The notes beneath the pieces were generated by a model. That model ran no database searches. It was not told the origin of the DNA and saw only the letters and a program-made list of their open reading frames with translations. Positions 1 through 8,587 of a DNA stretch of 46,436 nt are shown in pieces. Origin of the DNA: Candidatus Hydrogenedentota bacterium. GTDB taxonomy: Bacteria > Hydrogenedentota > Hydrogenedentia > Hydrogenedentales > SLHB01. The DNA lies in NCBI GenBank assembly GCA_034408725.1, contig JAWXCN010000194.1, positions 1 through 46,436 on the forward strand, read 5' to 3'. How positions within the stretch are numbered: the first letter of the stretch is position 1; each line of letters opens with the position of its first letter. A program made the position numbers and the translations under genes.

Positions 1-1
1 A

Positions 2-739
2 CCCGAAGCGAAGGAAGTCGGAGAACTTGCGGACTGCGACATAATCGTGCGGCAGAACGATTTGTTGGTTGATCCCGCCAGCCAGACAGAACTCGATGAT
101 CCTGAAAATCACCAGGCGCAAAAGAATATGGCATTACTGCGCGGGTTCGCAGACAGGACGCACGCCGGCCGAAACAAGCGGTATGAATTTCATTTCCTGA
201 AAAGCCCCGTCGAGTTGCGCGGCGCAAATCAGGTGCAATCAATTGTTCTCGAACGCAATCGCCTGTCGGGCCCCGCGCACCAAACGCGCGCCGAGGGGAG
301 CGGAGAATTCGAGGAGCTGGCTTGCGGCCTCGTCTTCCGCAGTGTCGGCTACCGCGGCATCCCAATTCCGGGGCTTCCATTCGACGAGAAGCGCGGCATA
401 TTGCCCAATACGAATGGTCGCATTCTCAATGAAGGCGAAGTTGTTCCCGGAATATATTCGGTGGGATGGATCAAACGTGGTCCGAGCGGCGTGATTGGCA
501 CGAACAAACCCGATAGCCAACAGTCGGTCGCCGCGCTCATCTCGGACGCGCCCACGCTTGCGCCATGTGTCATGCCGGATACCGGTGCGTTGAAGTCGTT
601 GCTAACAGACCGCGGCGTGCGCATTGTGTCCTTCGAGGATTGGCAGAAGATCGATGCCGCGGAAATTGAACGCGGGAAACCGAAAGGCAAACCCCGTGAA
701 AAATTTACACGGATCGAGGAGATGACCGCAGTCCTCTAA
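2..739 (+). CDS. Ferredoxin-NADP+ reductase / adrenodoxin-reductase-like flavoprotein (FprA family), 5'-truncated by window edge
   Basis: Frame is open from position 2. C-terminal motifs GLVFRSVGYRG, YSVGWIKRGPSGVIGTNK and W.KIDAAE..RG...GKPREK are typical of FprA/adrenodoxin reductases. Confidence 0.85.
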   Translation, partial: PEAKEVGELADCDIIVRQNDLLVDPASQTELDDPENHQAQKNMALLRGFADRTHAGRNKRYEFHFLKSPVELRGANQVQSIVLERNRLSGPAHQTRAEGSGEFEELACGLVFRSVGYRGIPIPGLPFDEKRGILPNTNGRILNEGEVVPGIYSVGWIKRGPSGVIGTNKPDSQQSVAALISDAPTLAPCVMPDTGALKSLLTDRGVRIVSFEDWQKIDAAEIERGKPKGKPREKFTRIEEMTAVL

Positions 740-749
740 GCAGTGCGCG

Positions 750-1805
750 TCACCACGTCAACCACTCGATCCCATTCGCCGTTGCTTTGAACTTTCGAGC
801 GCGGATGCTGGAGCCTTCGCCTTCTTCGTAGTAGACAATCAGGATAGACCCGTCATTTAGTGTCACCATGCTCGGATATGCGCCGCCGACGGAATCGACG
901 GGGATGTTTGCGCTCCACGTTGCGCCTTCATCAAGCGAGAAATGCAGGCTCGTCTCCGGTACGCGGTGCGCCACGATAATGATGCCCTCGGGCGTGCGGT
1001 GCAGGTATGGGCAATGGCCGGGGAAACCCATCGGCTCCGACACGCTCCAGGTTACGCCGCCATCCGCTGATTTTGAAAACCGCATGTTTTCTTTCTCGGT
1101 CCGTTGCGCGGCGTATATCGAGCCGTCCTTGAGCGCGATCACATCGGTTTCCGCGTCGAGACGAAGCCCGCCGTTGGGAATGTCGACGGGCTGCGACCAC
1201 GTCAGGCCCTTGTCAGATGAAATCGTCACCGCGCCCCAGGCATCGCCTTCGGCTTCGTTGTACAGGCCGAGGATCAGCTTGCCATCGGCCAGTTCGCGGA
1301 CGGGCGCGCTGCAATAATACGGACTGACCATACGCAGCCCGACCCATGTTTTTCCCGCGTCGGCGGATTCGACCATCCACGCGCCGAGGCCACGATACCC
1401 GCCATCGGCCTTTTTGCGCAGCGAAAAGAAATTGCAGAGCAAACGCCCATCGCTGAGTTGGACAATTGACGGATCACGGTCATCGTCTGCGCCGTCGAAC
1501 AATGTCTCCGCGGGGGCCCATGTGCGGCCTTCGTCGGAGGAGAAACACATGCTTACGCGCCCGCCTTTGGGCAGTGCTTCATTCGGAAGCGCGACGTGGC
1601 CGTAGCCGGCGTAAAACACCGCCATCAGGCGTCCGTCCTTCAACCGGCACACATCCGGAAATGCCTCGTACGCGCCCGCGCCCGCATCGCGGCAAACGTA
1701 GACAAATTCCTTGTCCGCGATCAACGGCGCTGTGGGCTGCGCCGGCGCAGGTTCCTGGCCGTGAGCGACGCAAGCGAAGGCACATAGCAACGAGATCATG
1801 CGCAT
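750..1805 (-). CDS. Secreted sialidase-like BNR/Asp-box beta-propeller protein
   Basis: Signal peptide MRMISLLCAFACVAHG; five Asp boxes (SSDEGRTW, SADAGKTW, SSDKGLTW, SADGGVTW, SLDEGATW); C-terminal AYPSMV motif. Confidence 0.8.
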   Translation of the reverse strand: MRMISLLCAFACVAHGQEPAPAQPTAPLIADKEFVYVCRDAGAGAYEAFPDVCRLKDGRLMAVFYAGYGHVALPNEALPKGGRVSMCFSSDEGRTWAPAETLFDGADDDRDPSIVQLSDGRLLCNFFSLRKKADGGYRGLGAWMVESADAGKTWVGLRMVSPYYCSAPVRELADGKLILGLYNEAEGDAWGAVTISSDKGLTWSQPVDIPNGGLRLDAETDVIALKDGSIYAAQRTEKENMRFSKSADGGVTWSVSEPMGFPGHCPYLHRTPEGIIIVAHRVPETSLHFSLDEGATWSANIPVDSVGGAYPSMVTLNDGSILIVYYEEGEGSSIRARKFKATANGIEWLTW

Positions 1806-1852
1806 AATATCGGAACTCCGTTTGTTTTAACGTGCTGCCTTAAGAGCTGGGC

Positions 1853-2959
1853 TTACGCATACGGTTCAAATTCGTGACGATCGCTCATGAGCAATTCGTA
1901 GAGCTTGGAATGAAAAAATAGTTTGTCCCTTCCACGCTTCCGCTCAAACAACACACCGGCCCGCACGAGTTTTTTCAGATACAATGACGCTGTATCCCGG
2001 CTCGCGATTCCGCTCTCGATCACGTTGCCGATTCTCACGTAAGGTTGAATAAATAATAGTTCAAGCAGTTCGCGAGAGTATATGCCGCTCTCCTCGCGCA
2101 GCATGAATTCACGGGTGTGTTCCATGAGCCTTTGAATCGCGCTAATCCGTTGCAAGGTCCATCGGGCAGTCTCTTCCATTGCGTCCAGGACATAAAGTAT
2201 CCACGGCTCCCATGCCGCATTCTCTGTTACTCCACGCAGCAGGCCATAGTAATCAGAGCGCCGTTCGAGAATGTATCGGCTGAGATACAAGACAGGCACT
2301 TCCAGTAGCCCTTCCTGCAGCAGGTAGAGGATGTTGAGGATACGTCCCGTCCGCCCGTTTCCGTCTGTAAACGGGTGGATCGCCTCAAATTGATAGTGCA
2401 GCAGCGCCACTTTAATGAGCGGATCGACTTCGTCGCGACGATTCAAATACTCCTCCCAATTTCGCAACAGTGCGTCCAATCGATCAGGAGCGTCTGGAGG
2501 CGTATAGATCACGCGGCGAGACATCGAGTCGGCAATCCGCGTTCCGCTCATAGTCCGAACTTGGACTTCCGCGTTCCGAATCGTCTGGCAAATTTCCAGT
2601 GCCGAACGGACGCCCAGAGGCCGCCTTTGGAGCAGAACAGAACCTTCGCGCAATGCCTGGCTGTACCGATACGCTTCCTTGGTGCTCGCATCGGTTTCGC
2701 TGTCCGTAGACGCCGCCAATTGAAACAGCTTGTCAGAAGTAGTGACAGTATTCTCGATCTCCGAACTGACCTGAGCCTCCAAAAGCAGTATGGAACCCAC
2801 AAGCAGTTGCTGATTGGGAATCATTGCCCCAACTGATTTAAGTTCGCATAGGGCGCGCGCGGCCGCAGTGGTTTTCCGTAAAATTGCCTTCGTTTCGATA
2901 TCCACCTGTGGAGGCAGATACGGAAGATCGTTGTAGGGCTGTTCAGGATTGAAAGACAT
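1853..2959 (-). CDS. fic: Fic family protein (class II, N-terminal inhibitory helix, C-terminal winged HTH)
   Basis: Canonical Fic motif HPFTDGNGRTGR; inhibitory (S/T)xxxE(G/N) motif SSEIEN; N-terminal PYNDLPYLPP; C-terminal SRDTASLYLKKLVRAGVL helix-turn-helix. Start placed at MSFNPEQ. Confidence 0.92.
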   Translation of the reverse strand: MSFNPEQPYNDLPYLPPQVDIETKAILRKTTAAARALCELKSVGAMIPNQQLLVGSILLLEAQVSSEIENTVTTSDKLFQLAASTDSETDASTKEAYRYSQALREGSVLLQRRPLGVRSALEICQTIRNAEVQVRTMSGTRIADSMSRRVIYTPPDAPDRLDALLRNWEEYLNRRDEVDPLIKVALLHYQFEAIHPFTDGNGRTGRILNILYLLQEGLLEVPVLYLSRYILERRSDYYGLLRGVTENAAWEPWILYVLDAMEETARWTLQRISAIQRLMEHTREFMLREESGIYSRELLELLFIQPYVRIGNVIESGIASRDTASLYLKKLVRAGVLFERKRGRDKLFFHSKLYELLMSDRHEFEPYA

Positions 2960-2991
2960 GATAATGTTCACGAGATTAACACGTTATAACA

Positions 2992-3104
2992 ATATGCGCA
3001 ATAAGTGGCTTTTTTTAGACACATAAACATTATATGCCTAATTTTTGACAAAATATATGTATAATCCTTCTATATGCCCAAACTTATCTTCTTTGTGGGT
3101 GCAT
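2992..3104. promoter_or_regulatory. AT-rich divergent promoter region with three ATATGC-N2-AA boxes phased exactly 40 bp apart
   Basis: atatgcgcaa at 2992, atatgcctaa at 3032, atatgcccaa at 3072. TTGACA (3045) and TATAAT (3060) hexamers lie within the array. Confidence 0.5.
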
Positions 3105-3137
3105 TTAAGGACAGGTCTTTTTAGTAAGGAGCCAACT

Positions 3138-4991
3138 GTGGAAAAGCTCGTGATCCTTGCAATGCTCCTGGCCGCCGGTTGCCTCACTCCCGTCGCTCTG
3201 AAAGAGGTGCAGCCCGACGTGGCGTTCCGGTTGATGCAGAGCAACGCGATCACGACGGAGTCGATGAGTCCGCATACGGCCCAAGTATTGCGCCTATATA
3301 ATCTTACAGAGCAATTTGAAGACGATCCGGCGGAAACCATGCGAGACCTTCGGCGACGGGCGTGCAGCGACCCAAATCGGCATTTGCTGTTCGGCATGTC
3401 GGAACTAAGCTATCTGACCGCAATAGGTTATGAGAAGAAAGCCCCAGCCGATGCGTTAGGCTACTTTCTGTCATCCGCGCGGTTTGCGTATTCCTTTCTC
3501 TTTGACAATGACTTGGGCGCCGCGCCAAATGTCTACGATCCCCGTTTCCGGTTGGGATGTGAACTGTACAACCATTCCCTCGCGCACGCGCTTCGGTTGA
3601 TCGAAGCGGCTCCGTCGGCCGAAACGGTCGAAAACGGACCTCTTCGCATTGACACCTGGGACGGCCCCCTGCTCATTCGCGTGTTCATGCACGGGTTCCC
3701 GCCAGAAGCCGCCGATTTTTCCGAATTGCTGCTCGCGACGAATTACGAAGTCACGGGGATACACAACCAATATCGCACCTACGGCCTCGGTATTCCGTTG
3801 ATTGCGGTCGCCGAGCAAGACCCGTCCAACCCGAATATGCCGCCGCGTGCGAGCTATCCCGCGACCGGGCTGTTGCGGTTCAACCGGCTTGCGTGCGTAG
3901 ATTTCGATCAACCGTTGGAAGCGACACTGGATCTCTACGATCCCCTTCACATCAGCGCCACTGAAATCGATGGGGCAGATACACCCCTCGAATCCGACAT
4001 GACGACGCCACTGGCCTACGTGTTGTCGGACCCAGCACTGCAAAAGAACCAATTTATTGGGCTATTTCGCGCTGAACGAATGGAAGATGACACGGGTCTG
4101 TACATGATCGAGCCCTACGACCCGGAACGGATACCGGTGGTATTCGTACATGGGCTTGTGTCGAGTCCCCTAACCTGGGCACAAATGTTGAACGATCTCC
4201 GGGGCGACCCGGTCCTGCGCGAGCGGTACCAATTCTGGTTTTACCAGTACCCCACGGGCCTTCCATTCATATTTTCCGCGGGCCAATTCCGCAACGCGCT
4301 GATCGAGGCGCAGGAGCGATACAATCCCGGCCACGACCATCCCGCCTTCGATCAAATGGTGCTGGTTGGTCACAGCATGGGTGGCCTGCTGTCAAAAATG
4401 ATGGTGCAGGACAGCGGCGACGCACTATGGGCAACCGTGAGTAAAAGATCGCTGGATGAAACCCGCGCATCCGATAAGGACAAGGAAATTCTGCGCAGTA
4501 CGTTCTTTTACAAACCGCTGCCATGCGTCAAGCGGGTGGTATTTATCGCGACCCCACACGCAGGTTCCGAACTCAGCGACTTACGTGTTGCCAACCTCAT
4601 CGCGCGGCTGATTGCTGTACCCAAATTCATAGCGACGACGGCATTTGACGTACTTACGCTGGATATCGCCACACCCGGCGCCAAACTTACCGAACGCGAT
4701 CTGACCAGCGTGAAGAATCTCTCGCCCAACAACCGGTTTATTCGTGCAACACATGCCCAACCCATCGCGGATGGTGTCCACTACCATTCCCTCATTGGCA
4801 ATATTCGCGAAGGTAATGTGGAGCACGGAAGCGACGGCGCCGTCGCCTACACGAGTTCACATCTTGATGGCGCAGTCTCCGAATTCATTGTGCCGGCCAA
4901 CCATTCGTGCCACTATCATCCATTGGCGATTCTGGAAGTACGGCGCATTCTGAAAGAACACCTGGATTCGTGGAAGACGGTTGATAGCTGA
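3138..4991 (+). CDS. Alpha/beta-hydrolase (lipase/esterase-like) lipoprotein
   Basis: GTG start at 3138 after SD AAGGAG; lipobox LAAGC; PVVFVHGL oxyanion region; GHSMGG nucleophile elbow; FIATPHAGS; SDGAV...H catalytic tail. Confidence 0.85.
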   Translation: MEKLVILAMLLAAGCLTPVALKEVQPDVAFRLMQSNAITTESMSPHTAQVLRLYNLTEQFEDDPAETMRDLRRRACSDPNRHLLFGMSELSYLTAIGYEKKAPADALGYFLSSARFAYSFLFDNDLGAAPNVYDPRFRLGCELYNHSLAHALRLIEAAPSAETVENGPLRIDTWDGPLLIRVFMHGFPPEAADFSELLLATNYEVTGIHNQYRTYGLGIPLIAVAEQDPSNPNMPPRASYPATGLLRFNRLACVDFDQPLEATLDLYDPLHISATEIDGADTPLESDMTTPLAYVLSDPALQKNQFIGLFRAERMEDDTGLYMIEPYDPERIPVVFVHGLVSSPLTWAQMLNDLRGDPVLRERYQFWFYQYPTGLPFIFSAGQFRNALIEAQERYNPGHDHPAFDQMVLVGHSMGGLLSKMMVQDSGDALWATVSKRSLDETRASDKDKEILRSTFFYKPLPCVKRVVFIATPHAGSELSDLRVANLIARLIAVPKFIATTAFDVLTLDIATPGAKLTERDLTSVKNLSPNNRFIRATHAQPIADGVHYHSLIGNIREGNVEHGSDGAVAYTSSHLDGAVSEFIVPANHSCHYHPLAILEVRRILKEHLDSWKTVDS

Positions 4992-5039
4992 CAACGCTGC
5001 GAAACCCGCACTTTTAGCCCACAATCTACCGCCTTTCCG

Positions 5040-5068
5040 TTGACTACTCTTCTGCACCCTGTTATCCT
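5040..5068 (+). promoter_or_regulatory. Putative sigma70 promoter for exeAB
   Basis: TTGACT-17 nt-TATCCT with extended -10 TG, about 60 nt upstream of the exeA ATG. Confidence 0.5.
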
Positions 5069-5125
5069 CATTGACCAGCAACGCGGTGTTGTGCGCAGTT
5101 TCTTGCAGCGCGGGGTGATGTCACT

Positions 5126-7336
5126 ATGTATGAGGGTTACTACGGACTTCGGGAGAGACCTTTCAATCTCACGCCCGACCCGAAATACCTCTATCTGAGC
5201 GAAAAGCACAAAGAAGCATTCGCACATCTGCTCTTTGGTATCAAGAACCGCAGTGGGTTTGTGATGGTCACCGGTGAAATCGGGACAGGAAAAACGACCA
5301 TCTGCCGGACGCTGCTCGGCCAGCTCGACGAACACACCGAAGTCGCCTTTATTTTCAATCCCTGCCTCTCGCCCGAGGAATTGTTGCGCAAGATTAACGA
5401 AGACTTCGGGATCAAGACTGTCGCGACAACGGTGCGCGGTCTGATTGATGAGTTGAATGCCTACCTGCTTGAAAAGAACACCAAGGGCAAGAATTGCGTG
5501 CTTGTCATCGATGAAGCGCAGAACCTTACGCCAAGCGTGCTCGAACAGATCCGGCTGTTGTCGAACCTTGAGACCGAAACCCAGAAGCTGCTTCAAATTG
5601 TGCTGATAGGGCAGCCGGAACTCATGCAGGTGCTAGCGTTGCACGAGCTTCGCCAACTGAACCAGCGCATTACGGCGCGGTACCATCTGCATCCGCTTAG
5701 CCGAAGCGAGACGATGCAATATGTCGCGTATCGAATGCGGGTGGCAGGCGCCCGCCGGCGGATTTACTTCACGCCCGTAGCGGTCAAACAAGTCTACAAA
5801 TCGTCCAACGGTACGCCTCGCGTCATCAATGCGTTATGCGATCGGGCATTGCTGATTGGGTACACCAAGGAAGCGCGTGACATTACGCCGGCGATCGTGC
5901 GGCAGGCGGCCAAAGAAATCCGCGGCGAGCAACCGAAGCGAAGCATCTGGCCGCGGTTCCGCGCATGGTTGCCGAATCCAGCCGTGATTACGGCGGGCGT
6001 TGCAGTGTTGTTGCTGGCGTTGTTCCTGCGTGATCGCAACCTGTTCGCGCCCGGGCCGGGAGTTCCCGCAACAAACAATGGCGCGGCTGCTTCCACCGTT
6101 TCACATCCAGCCGCTGCAAGCTCGAGAGAGATAGCGTTTGCCGCACCCGTACCTGCGGAGAAATCCGTCCAGGTGTCGTCTCCGCCAGTGTCGGGTCCAA
6201 GTGACACCTCGTTCGCGGGGTTGATAGACCGGCAAGACCAGGTTGCAAGCCGGAACTCGGCAGTGCAAAGCCTTTTGCGCGCGTGGAACCTGGCGCTGCT
6301 CACGAACCTTCCCAAGGATGATTCCGTTCAATCGCTCACAACGTTTGCTGACGATAATCGGCTGGACTGTGAAATCTTGTCAGTGACGCTTGAACAACTC
6401 GAGGCGATAAACCTGCCTGCGTTGATCAAACTGCATGGACACAGCCGATCCATTTGGACTGCCCTCGTAGGAGCGCAAGGCGACGATCTGAAGATTGCGA
6501 TGGCGTCGACCGAAGCGACGCTTGTGCCGCGTGACCGTGTCGCCGAGTCGTACTTAAACGAGGCAATCGTGCTGTGGAGGGACACGTCTCCCGAAACCGC
6601 GGTCTTAAAGAACGGAATGAACGGAGAGGACGTGCGCGTGTTGCAGGTGCAATTGCGCGCACTTGGCCGGCTTGAACGCGCTCCGACGGGTACCTTCGAT
6701 GGCGCGACGGCGGAAGCGATTCGAACGATTCAACGCGAGACCGGCCAGAATGCCGATGGTGTGGCCGGAAAACGCACGCGGATGGTGTTGAGCAGTTGGT
6801 TGCCGGGATTCAATACGCCGGGCCTGCGCGCAATGCCCGCGGTGTTATTGGATAACGACGATGGGGCCGACACCGTGCCTCGGGGCGGCGAAGCGCCGGA
6901 CGCGAAAGCGGCCACGGCAAAACCGGACGCCGCGACAGGAGAACCCGCGCGCAAAAAAGAAGCGCGGACCGCACCCAAACGTAACAGCGAAAAGAAATTG
7001 GCCGCCGAAACCAAAGCTACCAGACCAGCCACACCCTCCGCTGCGAAGGCAGAACCGGAGACTGTGAATCCGCCGGCTTCCCCGCTTGCGCAATTAGAAT
7101 CCGCTTCACCACCCGGTCCGGCGCCGCCAATTGCCACCGAGGAATTGCCAAAGCCTGGCGAGCCACAGGTTATTCAGGCGCAACAATCACCTGCGGCAGG
7201 TCCAGTCGTTGCGGTAGAAGCGCCCGCAATAACTCCAGTTCCCGTCGGCGGGCAAACGCAGGACAGCTCACCGGCATGGACCGGCGGGCTGCTGTTGGTA
7301 CCCGATGACGCGGCCGCCGCCGGCGCCACGCCATGA
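5126..7336 (+). CDS. exeA: ExeA/GspA-family AAA ATPase with TM helix, C39-like domain, peptidoglycan-binding domain and Pro/Ala-rich tail
   Basis: MYEGYYGLRERPFNLTPDP start; Walker A GEIGTGKTT; Walker B VIDEAQNL; LRLLSN, GQPEL, GTPRVINALCDRALL motifs; TM segment; PG-binding GEDVRVLQ...DGVAGKRT. Confidence 0.9.
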   Translation: MYEGYYGLRERPFNLTPDPKYLYLSEKHKEAFAHLLFGIKNRSGFVMVTGEIGTGKTTICRTLLGQLDEHTEVAFIFNPCLSPEELLRKINEDFGIKTVATTVRGLIDELNAYLLEKNTKGKNCVLVIDEAQNLTPSVLEQIRLLSNLETETQKLLQIVLIGQPELMQVLALHELRQLNQRITARYHLHPLSRSETMQYVAYRMRVAGARRRIYFTPVAVKQVYKSSNGTPRVINALCDRALLIGYTKEARDITPAIVRQAAKEIRGEQPKRSIWPRFRAWLPNPAVITAGVAVLLLALFLRDRNLFAPGPGVPATNNGAAASTVSHPAAASSREIAFAAPVPAEKSVQVSSPPVSGPSDTSFAGLIDRQDQVASRNSAVQSLLRAWNLALLTNLPKDDSVQSLTTFADDNRLDCEILSVTLEQLEAINLPALIKLHGHSRSIWTALVGAQGDDLKIAMASTEATLVPRDRVAESYLNEAIVLWRDTSPETAVLKNGMNGEDVRVLQVQLRALGRLERAPTGTFDGATAEAIRTIQRETGQNADGVAGKRTRMVLSSWLPGFNTPGLRAMPAVLLDNDDGADTVPRGGEAPDAKAATAKPDAATGEPARKKEARTAPKRNSEKKLAAETKATRPATPSAAKAEPETVNPPASPLAQLESASPPGPAPPIATEELPKPGEPQVIQAQQSPAAGPVVAVEAPAITPVPVGGQTQDSSPAWTGGLLLVPDDAAAAGATP

Positions 7337-8121
7337 GTTCGATTCTCGATGCACTGCGGAAGCTGGAGAAGGAGAAATCTTCCCGGGAAGAACCGCAGGC
7401 CGCAACTCTCCGCGAGCTGACGCTGGAGCCGGACTTTGAGGCGCCGGCAGGTGGTGGCGCCGGGAGCGCCGGGAGCACCATCGGATTTATCATCGCCGGC
7501 GCGCTGATACTCGCGGGAATTGCAGCGGGCACGGTAACGACCGCGGTAATGCTCGCGGACAACAATTCGGAGCCGCTGCCCGTGGCTTCCGCATCGGCTC
7601 CCACACCGAGCGTGCAGCGGGCAAGCGTGCAAACTATTATAACACCTGTACCGGTACTCGACGACGAGTTGCCCGAAGAATCGGACCCGCCATCCAAACC
7701 GTTGCAGACGGCGCGAGCGGCCGTGCCCAAGTTGGAAAAAATAAAAGCGAAACCGAAACTCGAAGCGGTCACCGCGGCAACCGTGGAGAAAAGCGCGGTA
7801 GTACCGCTGCCTTCCTTGCCAATCTCCGCGCCAGAGCCTCCCGCGGCCCCGCCCGCGCAAGCGCCACTTGGGAAAATTAATTTCGACACCTTGCCGATAC
7901 TTACCGAATCGGATCGCGTGCGGCTTGGCTTGCCCCCCTTGAAAATCAATATCGTGGGAATTCCGAACACCCGCAATCCACGCGCGTCGGCGCTTATCAA
8001 CATGCAAAAAGTCTACGTCGGAGAAAACATTCCGAGCACACAGGCACGGCTGGTCGATGTGGATTTGCGCGGGGTAGCCATCGAGATCAGCGGAAACCGT
8101 TATATGGTATCGAGGCGCTAG
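7333..8121 (+). CDS. exeB: ExeB/GspB-like general secretion pathway protein B
   Basis: MSSILDALRKLEKE N-terminus typical of GspB; one TM helix; Pro-rich linker; C-terminal LKIN...ALINMQKVYVGENI domain; ATGA overlap with exeA. Confidence 0.8.
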   Translation: MSSILDALRKLEKEKSSREEPQAATLRELTLEPDFEAPAGGGAGSAGSTIGFIIAGALILAGIAAGTVTTAVMLADNNSEPLPVASASAPTPSVQRASVQTIITPVPVLDDELPEESDPPSKPLQTARAAVPKLEKIKAKPKLEAVTAATVEKSAVVPLPSLPISAPEPPAAPPAQAPLGKINFDTLPILTESDRVRLGLPPLKINIVGIPNTRNPRASALINMQKVYVGENIPSTQARLVDVDLRGVAIEISGNRYMVSRR

Positions 8122-8124
8122 CAA

Positions 8125-8568
8125 ATGTCTACTCAATCCGCGAATTCGTGTATCTGGTTTTCGACCTATAACCTGGCCCACCTCAACGCACTCGCCGTTG
8201 GCACCATCCACGAAGTGCTCGATATTCAATTTACGGACATTGGCCATGACTCTTTATCGGCGAAAATGCCGGTAGACCGCCGGACTGCGCAGCCCGCTGG
8301 ATTGCTGCACGGTGGCGCAAGCGTCGTGCTGGCGGAATCGCTCGGCAGCATGGCATCGTCACTCGTGATCGATCCCGAGAAATGCCGGTGTGTAGGCCTA
8401 GACGTGAATGCGAACCATGTCCGCTCCGCGCGCGAAGGCTATGTCACAGGGACCGCGAAACCTCTCCATCTCGGAAAATCGACGCATGTTTGGGAAATAC
8501 GCATCAATAACGATGCCGGTGACTTGGTGTGCATCAGCCGGCTGACGATGTCGATTCGCTTCGCGTAG
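8125..8568 (+). CDS. Hotdog-fold thioesterase (MenI/YdiI-like DHNA-CoA hydrolase)
   Basis: MPVDRRTAQPAGLLHGGASVVLAESLGS; VGLDVNANH; PLHLGKSTHVWEI. Confidence 0.88.
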   Translation: MSTQSANSCIWFSTYNLAHLNALAVGTIHEVLDIQFTDIGHDSLSAKMPVDRRTAQPAGLLHGGASVVLAESLGSMASSLVIDPEKCRCVGLDVNANHVRSAREGYVTGTAKPLHLGKSTHVWEIRINNDAGDLVCISRLTMSIRFA

Positions 8569-8587
8569 TTAAACACTGCGAGGTGGA

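Noticed and set aside
3045-3065. Perfect TTGACA and TATAAT as one sigma70 promoter
   Set aside because: The spacer is only 9 nt, so they cannot form a single canonical promoter.
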